Source of the DNA: Candidatus Izemoplasmatales bacterium
Lineage (GTDB): Bacteria > Bacillota_I > Bacilli_A > Izemoplasmatales > Hujiaoplasmataceae
Reading direction: 5' to 3'
DNA: 64,000 bases
Assembly (NCBI GenBank): GCA_050949045.1
Contig: JBMNEZ010000001.1
Coordinates: 832,001 to 896,000, forward strand
Both the position numbers and the translations under genes were made by a program. A model generated the notes under the pieces. That model saw only the letters and a program-made list of their open reading frames with translations, was not told where the DNA came from and searched no databases. Positions 62,538-64,000 of the stretch are shown one piece after another. Within the stretch, counting starts at the first letter, position 1, and each line of letters opens with the position of its first letter.

Positions 62538-64000
62538 TTAATTCGTGAGTTTTAGGAAAAGATCGACATCTGCTTTCAATAATTCCAGCGAACCCTGCCA
62601 GAAAACATTGTCTGTGACATCAATATTGGCAATCATCGCCGCATCTTCGACAAAGTTCTTTCCGGTCGCCGCCAACAGTTTGTCATACATCGGCACAAAG
62701 GCTTCCCTGTCTTCGAGATACTTAGCGTACAAGCCTTTGGCAAAGAGCAACCCAAAAGCATAAGGGAAGTTATAATAGCTGAGCGTTCCCGAATAATAGT
62801 GCGATTTGCACAGCCACATGTAGGGATGCAGTTTGTCCTCATCGAGCCCGTCGCCATAGCTCTTCTTCTGGGCGTCGAGCATCATGTTTTTGAGTTCTTC
62901 CGCATCATAAAGAGTTTGTCGGCGTCCTTCAAACAGGGCTTTTTCAAAGTAGAAACGCGAGAGGATGTCGACGATGACCTGTGTCGCGTCTTGGAGCGAA
63001 GACTCAAGCAGATAGATGCGCTCTTCCTTGGTGGTCGCATCTTTCAAAGCGGCCTGGTTGACGATCGTCTCGCAGAAAGTCGAAGCGGTTTCGGCAACCG
63101 GCATCGTGTAGTTGGCATTGAGGATCGATTCATCAAAAATGGCTTCCCCATGATAGGCGTGTCCGAGTTCGTGGGCCATGGTGATCACATCGCCAAAGGC
63201 GCCGTTGAAGTTTGTGAGAACGCGGCTTTCCTTGATCACATGGAGATTCGCACAGAAAGCGCCGCCGACCTTGCCTTTTCTAGGCAGATAGTCGATCCAG
63301 CCTTCCGCGAAGGCTTTTTTAGCCATTTGATAGAGACGTTCGTTAAAAGTGCGGAAATTCTTCAATATGTATTCATTGGCCTCTGGTATCGAGAAAGTTT
63401 TCGAAGCGCTGCCGATCGGAGCGAACAAATCATAAAACGGCAAACCGTTCTTGTGCCCCAGCAATTTCGCTTTTCGCTTAAGATAAGACCTGAAGACGGG
63501 CAGATAAGCTTCCATCGTCTCGATCATAACATCGAGGGTTTCCTTTTTCATCCGGCTTTGGATCAAGGTTTCTTCGAGGGGGGATTTGTAGCCTCTGGCC
63601 TCTGACAGGGTGTTGACCTCGCCTTTGATCGCGTTGATCGCCGAGGCGACCGACTTGTCAATCTTTTCATAAGCCTTGATTTCCGCGTGAAAGGCCCTCT
63701 CTCTTATTTTGGGATCCGCATCGTAAGCCAGGTTTCTGACTTCCGAGAGCGTAATCTCCTTGCCCTCATAATCAACGCCCAAAGTCGATGTGAGCAACGA
63801 TTGCAAGCGCCTCCAGGCAATCGAGCCCGACTGTCTTAATTTGGCGATCAGGGCTTCGGTCGAATCGTCAAGGAGATGCATCGCCTGCGACTTCAATTCC
63901 ATAAAATGGAAACGGTGCTCCTCGAGCACGGGATCAAGGGCAATATGCCCTTCAAGATCAGGAACATCCCTCAGCCATTTTTTGAACATCGTCTCGACGA
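62538..64000 (-). CDS. M3B oligoendopeptidase F family (5' end outside window)
   Basis: GKVGGAFC, HELGH, AETASTF, HYY...YYNFPYAFG. Confidence 0.93.
   Translation of the reverse strand, partial: VETMFKKWLRDVPDLEGHIALDPVLEEHRFHFMELKSQAMHLLDDSTEALIAKLRQSGSIAWRRLQSLLTSTLGVDYEGKEITLSEVRNLAYDADPKIRERAFHAEIKAYEKIDKSVASAINAIKGEVNTLSEARGYKSPLEETLIQSRMKKETLDVMIETMEAYLPVFRSYLKRKAKLLGHKNGLPFYDLFAPIGSASKTFSIPEANEYILKNFRTFNERLYQMAKKAFAEGWIDYLPRKGKVGGAFCANLHVIKESRVLTNFNGAFGDVITMAHELGHAYHGEAIFDESILNANYTMPVAETASTFCETIVNQAALKDATTKEERIYLLESSLQDATQVIVDILSRFYFEKALFEGRRQTLYDAEELKNMMLDAQKKSYGDGLDEDKLHPYMWLCKSHYYSGTLSYYNFPYAFGLLFAKGLYAKYLEDREAFVPMYDKLLAATGKNFVEDAAMIANIDVTDNVFWQGSLELLKADVDLFLKLTN

Overview
A 64-kb, mostly core-genome segment of a bacterium using genetic code 11: TGA is used as stop and RF2 is present. 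Gene content and order are Bacilli-like. The protein style suggests an Acholeplasmatales/Izemoplasmatales-type organism, but that is inference only. Bases 1-6485 are visibly more AT-rich than the rest. They carry a + strand pstC-pstA-pstB-phoU-phoP-phoR operon followed by IS debris, and end at the 3' end of tmRNA, which is consistent with an island integrated at ssrA. The rest is almost all on the - strand. It includes ssrA, smpB, rnr, secG, eno, gpmI, folT, ung, pgm, an FMN riboswitch with ribU, a glycogen cluster, recX, prfB, secA, hpf, comF genes, a T-box with leuS, metK, fmt, priA, uvrC, the rimP-nusA-infB-rbfA operon, a beta-propeller lipoprotein and pepF. On the + strand are a Thermotoga-type maltosyltransferase-like GH13 gene and rnj. 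The most interesting signals are: (1) a single ORF fusing GlgD to glycogen synthase; (2) a multi-TM protein with an HD-GYP fold that has lost most metal ligands but kept RxYK, a candidate cyclic-dinucleotide receptor, in a pgpA-X-metK-lemA-like operon; (3) a PDZ-like extracellular insertion in PstA; (4) a UUG specifier in the leuS T-box; (5) a frameshift-free prfB. No CRISPR array, rRNA or tRNA gene was seen. All calls come from reading motifs by eye, not from database searches.
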